From Candidatus Methanomethylicaceae archaeon (lineage in GTDB: Archaea > Thermoproteota > Methanomethylicia > Methanomethylicales > Methanomethylicaceae), in the NCBI GenBank assembly GCA_025057955.1, contig JANXER010000001.1, positions 46,917 through 110,916 of the forward strand: a stretch of 64,000 nt of DNA, read 5' to 3'. Below the pieces are notes generated by a model. It was given only the letters and a program-made list of their open reading frames with translations. It was not told the DNA's origin and ran no database searches. A program made the position numbers and the translations under genes. This document shows, one piece after another, positions 28,309-38,430 of this stretch; position 1 is the stretch's first letter, and each line of letters begins with the position of its first letter.

Positions 28309-29061
28309 ATGTTTAGAGCAATACTATCAGATGGAAAGATTTGGAGGGATATAATAGAATCTATATCTATTTTAGTGGATGAAGGAGTATTCATAGCAGG
28401 ACCCAATGGAATAAGGCTGAGAGCTATGGATCCTTCAAGAGTAGCCATGGTGGATTTAGAATTGCCAGCTTCAGCTTTTGAATCATACGATTGTAAAGAT
28501 GAAATACCAATTGGAGTGAATTTTGATGATATGAAGAGTATTATGAAAAGGGTTAAAACTGATGAGAAGTTATCGCTTGAAAAAAGTGAGAGTGAGGCCA
28601 GATTAAAAATAAAATTCCTTGGAAAATTCACAAGAACTTTTTCATTGCCCCTTCTTGATATTGGAAAGGAGGAACTTTCCGTTCCAAAAATTACATTTTC
28701 AACAAATATAAAACTACTGGTATCTGCACTTGAAGATGCTATAAAGGATGCTGAGGTTGTGAGCGATTTCATTAAAATAATAGTGGAAAGAGATTTATTG
28801 AAAATAATTGCTTCAGGTGATAGAGGCGAAGTTGAAATAGAAATAACAAAAGATAGCGGTGAATTACTATCAATAGAGTTTAGTGAGCCTTCTCATGCAT
28901 TATATAGCTTAGCTTATCTTAAGAAGATGATGGTTGCCACTGATTTATCTGATGTATGCACTCTAATGTTTTCAACCGATATGCCATTGAGGCTTGATTT
29001 TAATATGGCAACTGGAGGAAAAATTACCTATTATCTAGCTCCAAGAATGGAGGCGGAATAA
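28309..29061 (+). CDS. pcn: DNA sliding clamp PCNA
   Basis: MFRAILSDGKIW start, 250 aa, two-domain clamp. The ORF-track start at 28234 is an upstream extension overlapping tfs. Confidence 0.85.
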   Translation: MFRAILSDGKIWRDIIESISILVDEGVFIAGPNGIRLRAMDPSRVAMVDLELPASAFESYDCKDEIPIGVNFDDMKSIMKRVKTDEKLSLEKSESEARLKIKFLGKFTRTFSLPLLDIGKEELSVPKITFSTNIKLLVSALEDAIKDAEVVSDFIKIIVERDLLKIIASGDRGEVEIEITKDSGELLSIEFSEPSHALYSLAYLKKMMVATDLSDVCTLMFSTDMPLRLDFNMATGGKITYYLAPRMEAE

Positions 29062-29071
29062 AACTCTAATT

Positions 29072-30082
29072 ATGTTGACCATAGAAGATTTAGCCAAATA
29101 TCCATTTTTGAATAAAGCTACTTCATATATAGCACAGTTTGGTTTAACATTAGATGATTTTTCCAGTGGAGAATTTAATAAAATAATCGATAGAGCATTA
29201 ATGAAGTTGAAATATGCTATCGAAGGGAAAATTCTTAGAATAGATTCCTCTGAACTTGATATTGAGATATTATCTCATGCCTTAGCGCTAGCATTAGCAT
29301 ATGGTATGAAAAATGCATGGATTGTAAGAAGGTTTGCTAATATTGAACAGAAGAAATGCTATGAATTAATGAAAGCGGAGGAATCGAAAAAGTTAATTGA
29401 AATAGCAAAGGATGGATTTGGCTGGAACCTTGAGTTAGCAGATATAAACGGCTATGATTTCAGTATGCCTTTGAATCAATTTCTTCAAATTGCTCCAAAA
29501 TTCCAATCTCAAAGTTGGAAGCTTGTTAACTTTATGGTTTCTAATGGAAAAGTTTACATCAAGAAGGAGAAGATCGCCAGGTTGCTATCTGAAGCTGTAA
29601 AAATCAAAATATTGAAAAAAATGGAGGAAGAGGAAGTTAAAAGAATGAAAATACCAGAGGAATTAGCCATCAAACTGAAGGATATTAAGAAACTCATTAG
29701 AAGTAGAAGGGAAATTATGGAAGAAAGGGAAGTTCCTAAAGAGGGAGCCATTCCTCCATGTATTTCAGCAATTATGAAGGATGTAAAAGAAGGAAAGCCA
29801 GTATCACATATGGCAAGATTTACAGTAACAGCCTTTCTATTAAACATAGGAATGAGTGTAGAAGAAATTTTCAATTTTTTCAAAAATATTGCAGATTTCG
29901 ATGAAAATAAGGCGCTATATCAAATAAGACATATTGCAGGTATGATTGGATCCAAAACAAAATATATTCCACCAAAGTGTGAAGTTCTAAAATCCTCAGG
30001 GCTTTGTATAAATCAAGATAAATATTGTGAAAAGGTAAAACATCCTTTACAATACTATAAAATAAGGAGGAAAGGCTTGTGA
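29072..30082 (+). CDS. priL: DNA primase large subunit PriL
   Basis: 336 aa with C-terminal Fe-S Cys residues, lying directly upstream of priS. Confidence 0.7.
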   Translation: MLTIEDLAKYPFLNKATSYIAQFGLTLDDFSSGEFNKIIDRALMKLKYAIEGKILRIDSSELDIEILSHALALALAYGMKNAWIVRRFANIEQKKCYELMKAEESKKLIEIAKDGFGWNLELADINGYDFSMPLNQFLQIAPKFQSQSWKLVNFMVSNGKVYIKKEKIARLLSEAVKIKILKKMEEEEVKRMKIPEELAIKLKDIKKLIRSRREIMEEREVPKEGAIPPCISAIMKDVKEGKPVSHMARFTVTAFLLNIGMSVEEIFNFFKNIADFDENKALYQIRHIAGMIGSKTKYIPPKCEVLKSSGLCINQDKYCEKVKHPLQYYKIRRKGL

Positions 30083-31296
30083 ATATAATATTTCAAGCAT
30101 TCAAGAGATATTATAGCAATATAAATCCTAGCGATTTACATATAATCGAGTTAGAAAAGAGGGAAATAGCATTAATACCATTTAAAGAGGAAAGGATGAT
30201 TAGACATATTAGTTTTAAGGATCTTACTTCCTTGAAAAATTATTTAGAGAATAATGTTCCTTTACATTTATACTATTCATCAGCATATTATGGGAATCCT
30301 CAAGCAGAAGATATGAATGCTAAATGCTGGGAAGGAGCTGATTTAATATTTGATGTAGATGCCGATCACATACCTACGGATTGTAAAAATTTACATGATA
30401 AATGGTTTTGCTTAAATTGTAATGAATATGGTTTTGGAGTACCTCCAGAGGATTGTCCAAAATGTAAGCAAAGGAAAATAGATGTAACTACATGGATTTG
30501 TGAGAAATGTCTTGATATTGCAAAAGAGGAGGTATTGAAGCTAATAGATGAATATTTAGTTCCAGATTTTGGCATTAACAGCAAGGATATAGAGATTTGT
30601 TTTTCAGGACATAGGGGATATCATATTCACATTCAATTGGAGGATTTTAGGAAACTTAGTGGCGATGGAAGAAGGGAGATAGCAGATTATGTTAGAGGAA
30701 TAGGAATTGATTTAAGAGCTCATGGATTGAGATTAATTAATGGAATAGTTTTTGGACCGGATATTAGAGATCCTGGATGGAGAGGAAGAATTGCTAGAGC
30801 ATTTTATGAATATATTAGTAAATCTTCAATAGAGGAACTTGAAAAGATATTAGGTAAAAAAGCAGAATTAATAATTAGTAAAAGGGAAAAAATTCTTGAT
30901 AGTATGATGATGAATGGTACAAAGTGGTTTATTCCTAAAGGGATTGGAATAAAAAAAATTTCAAAAATAGTAGAAGTGGCAATAAAACGAAATTTATGTA
31001 ATATTGATGAGAGGGTAACCATAGATATCAAAAGATTAATAAGATATCCAAATAGTCTACATGGAAAGACTGGATTAAAAGTATGTAGGCTTAGTTATAG
31101 TAATTTAAATAAATTTGATCCATTAAAGGATGCGGTTGTATTTAAATCTGGAAGTATTAAGATATATGTAAAGGAAGTGCCAAAGATAAGAATGGAGGAT
31201 TATGAATTAGGACCTATAAAGAATGAAGTTTTAGAGGTTCCAGAAAGCTTAGCCATATATTTAATATGTAAGGGTGCTGCGGAGATGGGAAAGTGA
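30079..31296 (+). CDS. priS: DNA primase catalytic small subunit PriS
   Basis: Catalytic FDVDADH motif and Zn knuckle CLNC...CPKCK; 405 aa. Confidence 0.85.
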   Translation: MNIIFQAFKRYYSNINPSDLHIIELEKREIALIPFKEERMIRHISFKDLTSLKNYLENNVPLHLYYSSAYYGNPQAEDMNAKCWEGADLIFDVDADHIPTDCKNLHDKWFCLNCNEYGFGVPPEDCPKCKQRKIDVTTWICEKCLDIAKEEVLKLIDEYLVPDFGINSKDIEICFSGHRGYHIHIQLEDFRKLSGDGRREIADYVRGIGIDLRAHGLRLINGIVFGPDIRDPGWRGRIARAFYEYISKSSIEELEKILGKKAELIISKREKILDSMMMNGTKWFIPKGIGIKKISKIVEVAIKRNLCNIDERVTIDIKRLIRYPNSLHGKTGLKVCRLSYSNLNKFDPLKDAVVFKSGSIKIYVKEVPKIRMEDYELGPIKNEVLEVPESLAIYLICKGAAEMGK

Positions 31297-31754
31297 GCTA
31301 TAAGAAGCTTCTTGAACTTTGGATAAATGAGCGTGAAAGCAAGGAGTTGGTAGAGCTTAGTAAGGAAACCATAGAAGAATTGAAGAATTATTTGGAATCA
31401 TTAGAGGAGATGGAAGATGAGTTAAAAGAATTGAGAGAAATTGAAATTCAAAGAGTTAAATGGCTTCTGAATAATATAAAACAAATTAGAAGAGAGAAAA
31501 TTATTAAAAAAATGATGGAGAAAGCTGAAATTGATGATTTTTTCAGTAAGCTTAATTTAACATTAGGAAAAAGAGCTACGAAAAAGATATTAGTAAGAAT
31601 TCTTCAAGATGTTCCATCATTTGTAGGAGCAGATATGAAAATATATGGCCCCTATAAGGCGGAGGATGTAGTACTATTGCCTGAACAAAATGCAGAAGCA
31701 TTAATAAAGAGGGGAATGGCTATCATAATAGAAAGGGGGAATGATGAAGTATGA
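31293..31754 (+). CDS. gins15: GINS subunit, Gins15/Gins51 type
   Basis: 153-aa helical protein with an LLELWINERESKEL..EELKNYLESL start, coupled immediately after priS. Confidence 0.5.
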   Translation: MSYKKLLELWINERESKELVELSKETIEELKNYLESLEEMEDELKELREIEIQRVKWLLNNIKQIRREKIIKKMMEKAEIDDFFSKLNLTLGKRATKKILVRILQDVPSFVGADMKIYGPYKAEDVVLLPEQNAEALIKRGMAIIIERGNDEV

Positions 31755-32026
31755 AAGTACCAAAGGAAATAAGAACCTATTGTCCAAGATGTAAAACTCA
31801 TACCACTCATACAGTGACACTTTATAAAAAAGGTAGAGATAGAGCTTTAGCCGAAGGTGCAAGAAGATATGAGAGAAAAAAGAAAGGATATGGTAGTTCA
31901 AGAAAACCAGTTCAAAAGAGGTTTGCAAAAACTACAAAAAAACTTAGTCTAAAGTTGAAATGTAAAAAATGTGGCTATCAAAAGCAAAGAAGAGGAATAA
32001 GAATAAAGAAATTAGAAATTGTATGA
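31751..32026 (+). CDS. rpl44e: Ribosomal protein L44e
   Basis: CPRCKTHTTHTV...CKKCGY zinc ribbon and 91 aa. Confidence 0.85.
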   Translation: MKVPKEIRTYCPRCKTHTTHTVTLYKKGRDRALAEGARRYERKKKGYGSSRKPVQKRFAKTTKKLSLKLKCKKCGYQKQRRGIRIKKLEIV

Positions 32027-32237
32027 GGGGAGCTATTTGAGAAAAAGAGAAATTTTAACACCATCGCCAAAAAGTAAGTTTCTTAAGATTAAATGTTCAG
32101 ATTGTGGTAATGAACAAATAATATTCTCTCATGCATCCACCTTAGTTAAGTGTAATATTTGTAATAAGGAATTAGCAATGCCAACGGGAGGAAAAGCAAA
32201 AATTTTAGCTGATAAAATCAAGGAAATCTTAGAGTAA
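32019..32237 (+). CDS. rps27e: Ribosomal protein S27e
   Basis: KIKCSDCGNEQIIFSHASTLVKCNIC motif and 72 aa. Confidence 0.85.
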   Translation: MYEGSYLRKREILTPSPKSKFLKIKCSDCGNEQIIFSHASTLVKCNICNKELAMPTGGKAKILADKIKEILE

Positions 32238-33020
32238 TTGGTGGATAATTTGACCTTGAAAAAAAGGGATTTTCCTGAAGTGGGGGAGCTTGTAATTGCA
32301 ACCCCCACTAAGATCTATGATCATGGTGCCTATGTAAATCTAGATGAGTTTGATAAAGTGGGCTATGTTCCAATAGGTGAGGTAGCATCCACTTGGGTCA
32401 AAAATATAAGAGATTACATAAAGGAAGGACATAAACTTGTGCTCAAAGTAATAAGGGTTGATGAAAAAAAGGGCCATATAGATCTCTCCCTTAAAAAAGT
32501 CACAGATAGAGAGAGAAAAGAGAAATTAATACAATGGAAGAGATCAAAGAAGGCTGAAAAAATACTAGAAGAGGCAGCATTAGAGTTAAAGAAAACTATG
32601 AAGGAGGCAATAGAAAAAGTTGGAATACCCTTGGAGGATCGCTTTGGAGATTTGTATGCTGCAATGGAGGCCTCAGTAGTAAATGGACCAAAGGCCCTTG
32701 TTGAGGTAGGAATATCAGAAGCTTGGGCAAAAAAAATCTATGAAATTGCAAAACATCATATAGAGCTGCCAACTGTAAAAATCTCAGGAATTTTAACTTT
32801 AAAATCAACAAAGCCTAGAGGCATGGAAGATATTAAAACTGCATTATTACTAGGAGAGGAAAAAGAAGGCGTAGAAATCACTAATTTAGGCTCACCAAGG
32901 TATAGAATTGAAGTTACAGCTAGGGATTATAAAACAGCTGAGGCAATATTAAAGGAAACCGTAGATAAAATAATAAATAAAATTACAGAGCTAGGAGGCA
33001 CAGGATCTTTTACTAGGTGA
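32238..33020 (+). CDS. eif2a: Translation initiation factor 2 alpha subunit
   Basis: N-terminal S1 domain PEVGELVIATPTKIYDHGAYVNL and 260 aa. Confidence 0.85.
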   Translation: MVDNLTLKKRDFPEVGELVIATPTKIYDHGAYVNLDEFDKVGYVPIGEVASTWVKNIRDYIKEGHKLVLKVIRVDEKKGHIDLSLKKVTDRERKEKLIQWKRSKKAEKILEEAALELKKTMKEAIEKVGIPLEDRFGDLYAAMEASVVNGPKALVEVGISEAWAKKIYEIAKHHIELPTVKISGILTLKSTKPRGMEDIKTALLLGEEKEGVEITNLGSPRYRIEVTARDYKTAEAILKETVDKIINKITELGGTGSFTR

Positions 33021-33038
33021 ATCTAATTGAAAATAAAA

Positions 33039-33200
33039 ATGTTAAAGTGTAAGTCCTGCGGAGAATATACTTTAAGAAGTGATAAATGCCCATATTGTGG
33101 CGGAGCTTTAAGAAGCCCTCATCCCGCTAGATTTTCTCCAGATGATAAATATAGTAAATATAGATTGAAGTTAATTCTATCAGAAAAAACTCAAGAATAA
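33039..33200 (+). CDS. nop10: H/ACA RNP protein Nop10 (53 aa), not in the ORF track
   Basis: Manual translation gives MLKCKSCGEYTLRSDKCPYCGGALRSPHPARFSPDDKYSKYRLKLILSEKTQE. It shows the CxxC...CxxC Zn ribbon and the AHPARFSP signature, and sits in the conserved eIF2alpha-Nop10 context. Confidence 0.8.
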   Translation: MLKCKSCGEYTLRSDKCPYCGGALRSPHPARFSPDDKYSKYRLKLILSEKTQE

Positions 33201-35197
33201 TTCACTTTGTATATTAATACCCAATAATTATTTGAGTGATAAACAAGTTCAAAATTCTCGAGAGGTTCTATGTAAACACCTAGCAATTTATTATAACCTT
33301 CTCTGAAGGGATGGAATAGGAGCTTATAGAGAAGAGTTGATGATGCTTTAGAGCCTACTGGAAGAGGATAGTTTATTGTTCTACCACCTACATTTAAAGG
33401 TAAATATCCAATGTAATTCTTTACGTCATAGCCAGCTATTGCCATCATAGCTGTTGATTTCTCAAAATCTCCAATCACAGACCATGGAGGCAATCCTATT
33501 AAGGGATCTGTTGCAGCAATAAGCCATGGTTCAAATACAACTACATATTCTACTCTCATCATTTTAAATATTTCTAATCCATAATTTTCATCATTTAAAA
33601 AGGCTTCAGCAATTAATTTTATTTGAGTTCCATTTATTGTGGAATTATCAGCTATAACAGATTTATTGGCTATTACATTTATCCAATAACCATAATCCCA
33701 CCAACATCCAACTATACTACTTTGTGGTATGTTATCCCTCATCCAGTTTAATGCATCTATCCAATCATTAATACTAGCAGCATATCCAGTGCATCCTGAG
33801 ACCAACATTACAGGTCTACTTGAGGCTCTTATGCTCGAATATACTGCAGGAACAAAACCAGCAGCAATTATTATTAAAATTATAATTCCATAAACTCTTC
33901 CCAATTGTTTGGCACGAGCTTTTTTACTCTTAGTATTACTCTTAGTAGCTTCTTTTTTAGTAAATCGATGAATTATATTATTTATAGCTAATCCACTGAG
34001 CATTGCAATAGCTGGAGCAACAATTATTAGAAGCCTTATGTATATTGCTGCACCATAAACAGCCATTAATGCAAATAGAAAAATGAATATATCTTCACTT
34101 TTCATCCCTTTAAGTGCAAAATAAGCTCCTGCTGGTGCTAATAATATCAAGATGTGATAATTATAGAAAAATGCAGCCCATGTTGCTGGAAATTGCTCGC
34201 CCACAGTTCCAACTATAGGTGCTTCTAATCTAGCAAGAGGATTTACGAATAATAAAAACTTCCCAGCAATTGGACCAAGCACTCCACTTAGCACTAAAAT
34301 TATGGCAATTGTAATTATTGAAAAAACTCCACCTATAACAACCTTTCTTCTTAAGTTTTTATCTTGAATGAAGGAAGTTGCTGCCATAACAAGGCATGTT
34401 ATAAATGAGGTCATTGGAGCTGCAGTATAGGGAGATATGGCAGCGTAAATACCAATGTTTGGAGATAATGCCATTGAAAACATAGCAATAGAAGAGATTA
34501 TGGTTATTACAATAGAGAGACGGAAGTTCCATCTTCCAAGTAAAACTAATACTATAGTGTAAAGAGCGAGAAAATTAAGTGGATAAAGATAAGCCCCCCA
34601 ACATATCACCATATATCCAAGAGCTAATCCAGAAATTATTGCATAAGGTATGGTCTTGGACTTCAAAGCTTTTACAAAAAAGACTAATGATATAAACATC
34701 CCCAATAATCCTGTAGCTTCAGTGTCAAAAAATCCAAGACCAGTTCTTTGTATTGAAGTGGGATCTATTGCGAAAACAAATGCAGAAAACAATCCAACAA
34801 AACTATTTACAAGCTCCTTTCCTAGTATAAATATCAATAATGTTAAAATTGCTCCAGAAAGTATAGGAAAGAAGGCTAGTGCTTCTTGTAGTGTTACATT
34901 TATTCCAATTTGTTTAAGAAAAATATAAAATAATGCTCCAGTAAAAGGAGGGCCTAATTGTGCAGATTTTGGTACATCAGTTCCCCAAGGGGCCCATCTT
35001 GTAGGATCAAACCAAGAAAACCATGAAGAAAAACCATTTTCCAATATATACATAGCACCTTTATAATGAATATATGGATCAAATTCATCAAGATAAACTC
35101 CCCAGCGCATAGGAAGCAATCTTATTATAACTGCTAAGGATATTATTCCAATGAGTATAATATATGTCATAGTTTTTCTCAAATTTAAGATTCTCAT
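33191..35197 (-). CDS. aglB: Oligosaccharyltransferase AglB (STT3 family)
   Basis: WWDYGYW catalytic motif, 13 predicted TM helices N-terminally, and a large C-terminal soluble domain. The preferred start is MRILNL at 35197, because the ORF-track start at 35350 would overlap ileS. Confidence 0.85.
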   Translation of the reverse strand: MRILNLRKTMTYIILIGIISLAVIIRLLPMRWGVYLDEFDPYIHYKGAMYILENGFSSWFSWFDPTRWAPWGTDVPKSAQLGPPFTGALFYIFLKQIGINVTLQEALAFFPILSGAILTLLIFILGKELVNSFVGLFSAFVFAIDPTSIQRTGLGFFDTEATGLLGMFISLVFFVKALKSKTIPYAIISGLALGYMVICWGAYLYPLNFLALYTIVLVLLGRWNFRLSIVITIISSIAMFSMALSPNIGIYAAISPYTAAPMTSFITCLVMAATSFIQDKNLRRKVVIGGVFSIITIAIILVLSGVLGPIAGKFLLFVNPLARLEAPIVGTVGEQFPATWAAFFYNYHILILLAPAGAYFALKGMKSEDIFIFLFALMAVYGAAIYIRLLIIVAPAIAMLSGLAINNIIHRFTKKEATKSNTKSKKARAKQLGRVYGIIILIIIAAGFVPAVYSSIRASSRPVMLVSGCTGYAASINDWIDALNWMRDNIPQSSIVGCWWDYGYWINVIANKSVIADNSTINGTQIKLIAEAFLNDENYGLEIFKMMRVEYVVVFEPWLIAATDPLIGLPPWSVIGDFEKSTAMMAIAGYDVKNYIGYLPLNVGGRTINYPLPVGSKASSTLLYKLLFHPFREGYNKLLGVYIEPLENFELVYHSNNYWVLIYKVNYS

Positions 35198-35287
35198 GAT
35201 ACTACCTCTTTCAATAAACTTCATATAATAGAAACATTTAAACCCTATGGTTAAATATGAAAGTTCAATAGAACTGCATAAACGTGA

Positions 35288-38200
35288 TTGTATATGATTG
35301 GCCTCCTTCCAAAAGAGTATAATGCTAAAAAAATCGAGGAAGAAATTCATTATTTCTGGGAGAGAAATAGGATATATGAGGAATCAAAAGTTAAAAGAGG
35401 AGATAAATTCTATTTCTTGGATGGTCCTCCATATGTAACTAATCCTATTCATGTGGGAACCGCTTGGAACAAAATTCTCAAGGATGTTTACATTAGGTAC
35501 TTTAAGATGAGGGGTTATGAAGTAAGAGATCAACCAGGCTTTGATATGCATGGACTTCCAATAGAAGTAATGGTTGAGAAGAAGCTCGGAATAAAAAGTA
35601 AGAAGGAAATAGAGGAAATGGGAATTGATAATTTTGTAAATGCATGTAAGCAATTTGCATTGGAAAATTTGAAAATTGCAACAAAACAATTCAAAAATTT
35701 AGGAATTTGGATGGAATGGGATAAACCATATAGAACGATAGATAATAGTTACATAGAATCTGTTTGGTGGTTGATAAAAAGAGCATATGAAAAGGGTTTG
35801 CTTGCTCAAGGAAAAAAGATAGTGCATTGGTGCCCAAGATGCGAAACTGTACTTGCGGGATATGAAGTAACAGAGGAATATAAAGAGATTGAAGAGGATT
35901 CCATATATGTTAAATTTAGGATTGAAGGAAGAGAAAATGAGTATATAGTAATATGGACAACTACTCCATGGACGCTTCCAGCGAATTTAGCAGTAATGGT
36001 TAATCCAAATTTCATTTATGCTAAAGTGAAGATAGAAAATGAATATTATATCATGGCTGAAGAACGAGTTCCATATGTGCTTAATGGATTGAAATATGAA
36101 ATTATAGAGAAAATCCCAGGAAGTGCACTAGAGTGGTTGAAATACATACCTCCTTTAATTGATGAAGTACCAGAGCAGAAAAAGTTTTCAGCTCACTTTG
36201 TAGTATTGAGTGAAACCTATGTTACATTAGAGGAGGGCACAGGATGTGTTCATGTGGCACCAGGACATGGAGAGGAGGACTTTGAGATTGGAAGGATTTA
36301 TGGTCTTCCAGAATTCTGTCCTGTTGATGAAAGAGGTAGATTTACTATAGAAGGAGGAAAGTACTTTGGAAAAACTGTAAGAGAAGCAAATGAAGAAATT
36401 ATAAGAGATTTAGAGAGAAAAGGACTTCTTTTGAAGAAAGAAAGGATGAAACATAGATATCCACATTGTTGGAGGTGTAAAACTCCATTAATATTAAGAC
36501 TTGCGAATCAATGGTTCATAAAGGTCACCAGTATAAAGGAGAAAATGCTTGAGGAAAATGAAAAGGTCATTTGGGTTCCAGAATGGGCGGGTAAATCGAG
36601 ATTTGGAAATTGGATAAAGAATGCAAAGGATTGGGTGATTTCAAGGCAAAGATATTGGGGAATTCCTCTGCCCATATGGATTTGTGAAAAATGTGGAGAA
36701 TATGAAGTAATAGGATCAATATTTGAGCTTAAGAATAAAGCTGATTTCATTCCTAATGATATAGATTTACACAGACCCTGGGTGGATAATATTAACATAA
36801 GGTGCGAATGTGGAAATAAAATGAAAAGGGTTAGTGATGTTGTGGATGTTTGGATGGATTCTGGTGCAGCATCCTTTGCATCCTTGAACTATCCATTAAT
36901 AAAGGAGGAATGGGAGAAATGGTGGCCGGTAGATCTTGTGCTTGAGGGACATGATCAAACAAGAGGATGGTTCTATACGCTAATGATATGTAGCATTATA
37001 GCTTTTGATTCAGCACCTTATAAGAGGGTATTAATGCATGGCTTCACAGTGGATCAAGAAGGAAGAGCAATGCATAAGTCTCTAGGCAATGTGATTTATC
37101 CTGAGGAAGTAATAGAAAAATATGGTAGAGATGCATTAAGATGGTATGAGCTTGGATGTACAACATGGGAGGATCTTAGATTTACATGGAAGAGTATTGA
37201 GGATGTTTCAAGGTTTATAAATATACTTTGGAATACATACTATTTTGCTAGTCTTTATATGAATTTAGACAAATTTTCCCCAGAAAATTATACTTTTGAA
37301 ATTTTCAGGGATGAGGATAAATGGATATTATCAAAGTTTACACATCTAGTAAAAAAAGTCACAGAAAGTATGGAAAATCTCTGCGTCTTTGATGCTGTAA
37401 GAGAGCTTGAGCATTTTATGAAGGAGGAACTCAGTAGATGGTATATTAAAATAATAAGAAGGAGAATATGGAAGGAGATGGAAGATCCTGATAAAACTTC
37501 GGCATATTTGACAATGTACGAAGTTTTATTCAATTTCTTGAAAATGATTGCACCAATAATGCCCTTTATTTCTGAGAAGATATATCAAGAAGTATTTAGA
37601 AAATTGCCAAAGATGCCAATAAGTGTACATTTACTAGATTGGCCTAAAATCGATGATAAAATGAGGGATGAAGAATTAGAGGAAGATATGGAAATTGTAA
37701 AAGAAATTGTAGAGAAATCTTATGGAATTAGACAAAGTTCTAAAATAAAAATAAGACAACCTTTAAGGAAGCTCATAGTTGTTTCTAATGATGAAAAAGT
37801 GATAAGAGCAATATCTAGACTTAAGAGCATTATATTGGATCAAGCTAATGTGAAGGATGTGGAGATTGTATTACCAGAGGAGGAGAAAATAAGAGCTTAT
37901 TCTCTTGTACCTAATTTTTCAGTAATAGGACCTATGTATAGAGAGAGAAGTAAAGATATTGCAAAGCTAATAACCAATATGAATGCAGAAGAAGTAATGA
38001 AGGCACTAAAGGAGGGATTGCCAATAATTGTGGAATTTGAGGGAGAGAAAATTGAACTTAAAAAAGATTATTTCATTATAAAACAAGTTCTTCCAGAAAA
38101 TTATAGAGAGGAGAATTTCAGCCTTGGAACAATTTATATGGATATTACTAAGGATGAAGAGTTAATAGTAGAAGGACTTATGAGAGATATAATAAGAAGA

Positions 38201-38425
38201 GTACAAGAAATGAGAAAGCGAGCGGATTTGAAAGTAGATGCCTATATAAAAGTTTGGATAAGCACTTATTCTGAAGAAATTAAAAATGTAATCAATAGGA
38301 AGAAAGCTGAAATATCTGCAGAGGTTAGAGCTAGGGAAATCATAATGGAAAGGGGAGGAAGATATATAGAGGATTGGGAAATAGAAGGAGAAATTATTAC
38401 AATAGGAATAGAAGAGGTTGATTAA
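35288..38425 (+). CDS. ileS: Isoleucyl-tRNA synthetase
   Basis: Class I motifs HVGTAWN (HIGH-like) and KMSKS-like AMHKSLGN, an editing domain, and 1045 aa. Confidence 0.9.
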   Translation: MYMIGLLPKEYNAKKIEEEIHYFWERNRIYEESKVKRGDKFYFLDGPPYVTNPIHVGTAWNKILKDVYIRYFKMRGYEVRDQPGFDMHGLPIEVMVEKKLGIKSKKEIEEMGIDNFVNACKQFALENLKIATKQFKNLGIWMEWDKPYRTIDNSYIESVWWLIKRAYEKGLLAQGKKIVHWCPRCETVLAGYEVTEEYKEIEEDSIYVKFRIEGRENEYIVIWTTTPWTLPANLAVMVNPNFIYAKVKIENEYYIMAEERVPYVLNGLKYEIIEKIPGSALEWLKYIPPLIDEVPEQKKFSAHFVVLSETYVTLEEGTGCVHVAPGHGEEDFEIGRIYGLPEFCPVDERGRFTIEGGKYFGKTVREANEEIIRDLERKGLLLKKERMKHRYPHCWRCKTPLILRLANQWFIKVTSIKEKMLEENEKVIWVPEWAGKSRFGNWIKNAKDWVISRQRYWGIPLPIWICEKCGEYEVIGSIFELKNKADFIPNDIDLHRPWVDNINIRCECGNKMKRVSDVVDVWMDSGAASFASLNYPLIKEEWEKWWPVDLVLEGHDQTRGWFYTLMICSIIAFDSAPYKRVLMHGFTVDQEGRAMHKSLGNVIYPEEVIEKYGRDALRWYELGCTTWEDLRFTWKSIEDVSRFINILWNTYYFASLYMNLDKFSPENYTFEIFRDEDKWILSKFTHLVKKVTESMENLCVFDAVRELEHFMKEELSRWYIKIIRRRIWKEMEDPDKTSAYLTMYEVLFNFLKMIAPIMPFISEKIYQEVFRKLPKMPISVHLLDWPKIDDKMRDEELEEDMEIVKEIVEKSYGIRQSSKIKIRQPLRKLIVVSNDEKVIRAISRLKSIILDQANVKDVEIVLPEEEKIRAYSLVPNFSVIGPMYRERSKDIAKLITNMNAEEVMKALKEGLPIIVEFEGEKIELKKDYFIIKQVLPENYREENFSLGTIYMDITKDEELIVEGLMRDIIRRVQEMRKRADLKVDAYIKVWISTYSEEIKNVINRKKAEISAEVRAREIIMERGGRYIEDWEIEGEIITIGIEEVD

Positions 38426-38430
38426 ATTAA

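Noticed and set aside
28230-28772. 180-aa minus-strand ORF inside PCNA
   Set aside because: It lies entirely antisense to a high-confidence PCNA gene and has a low-complexity Ser/Ile-rich translation.
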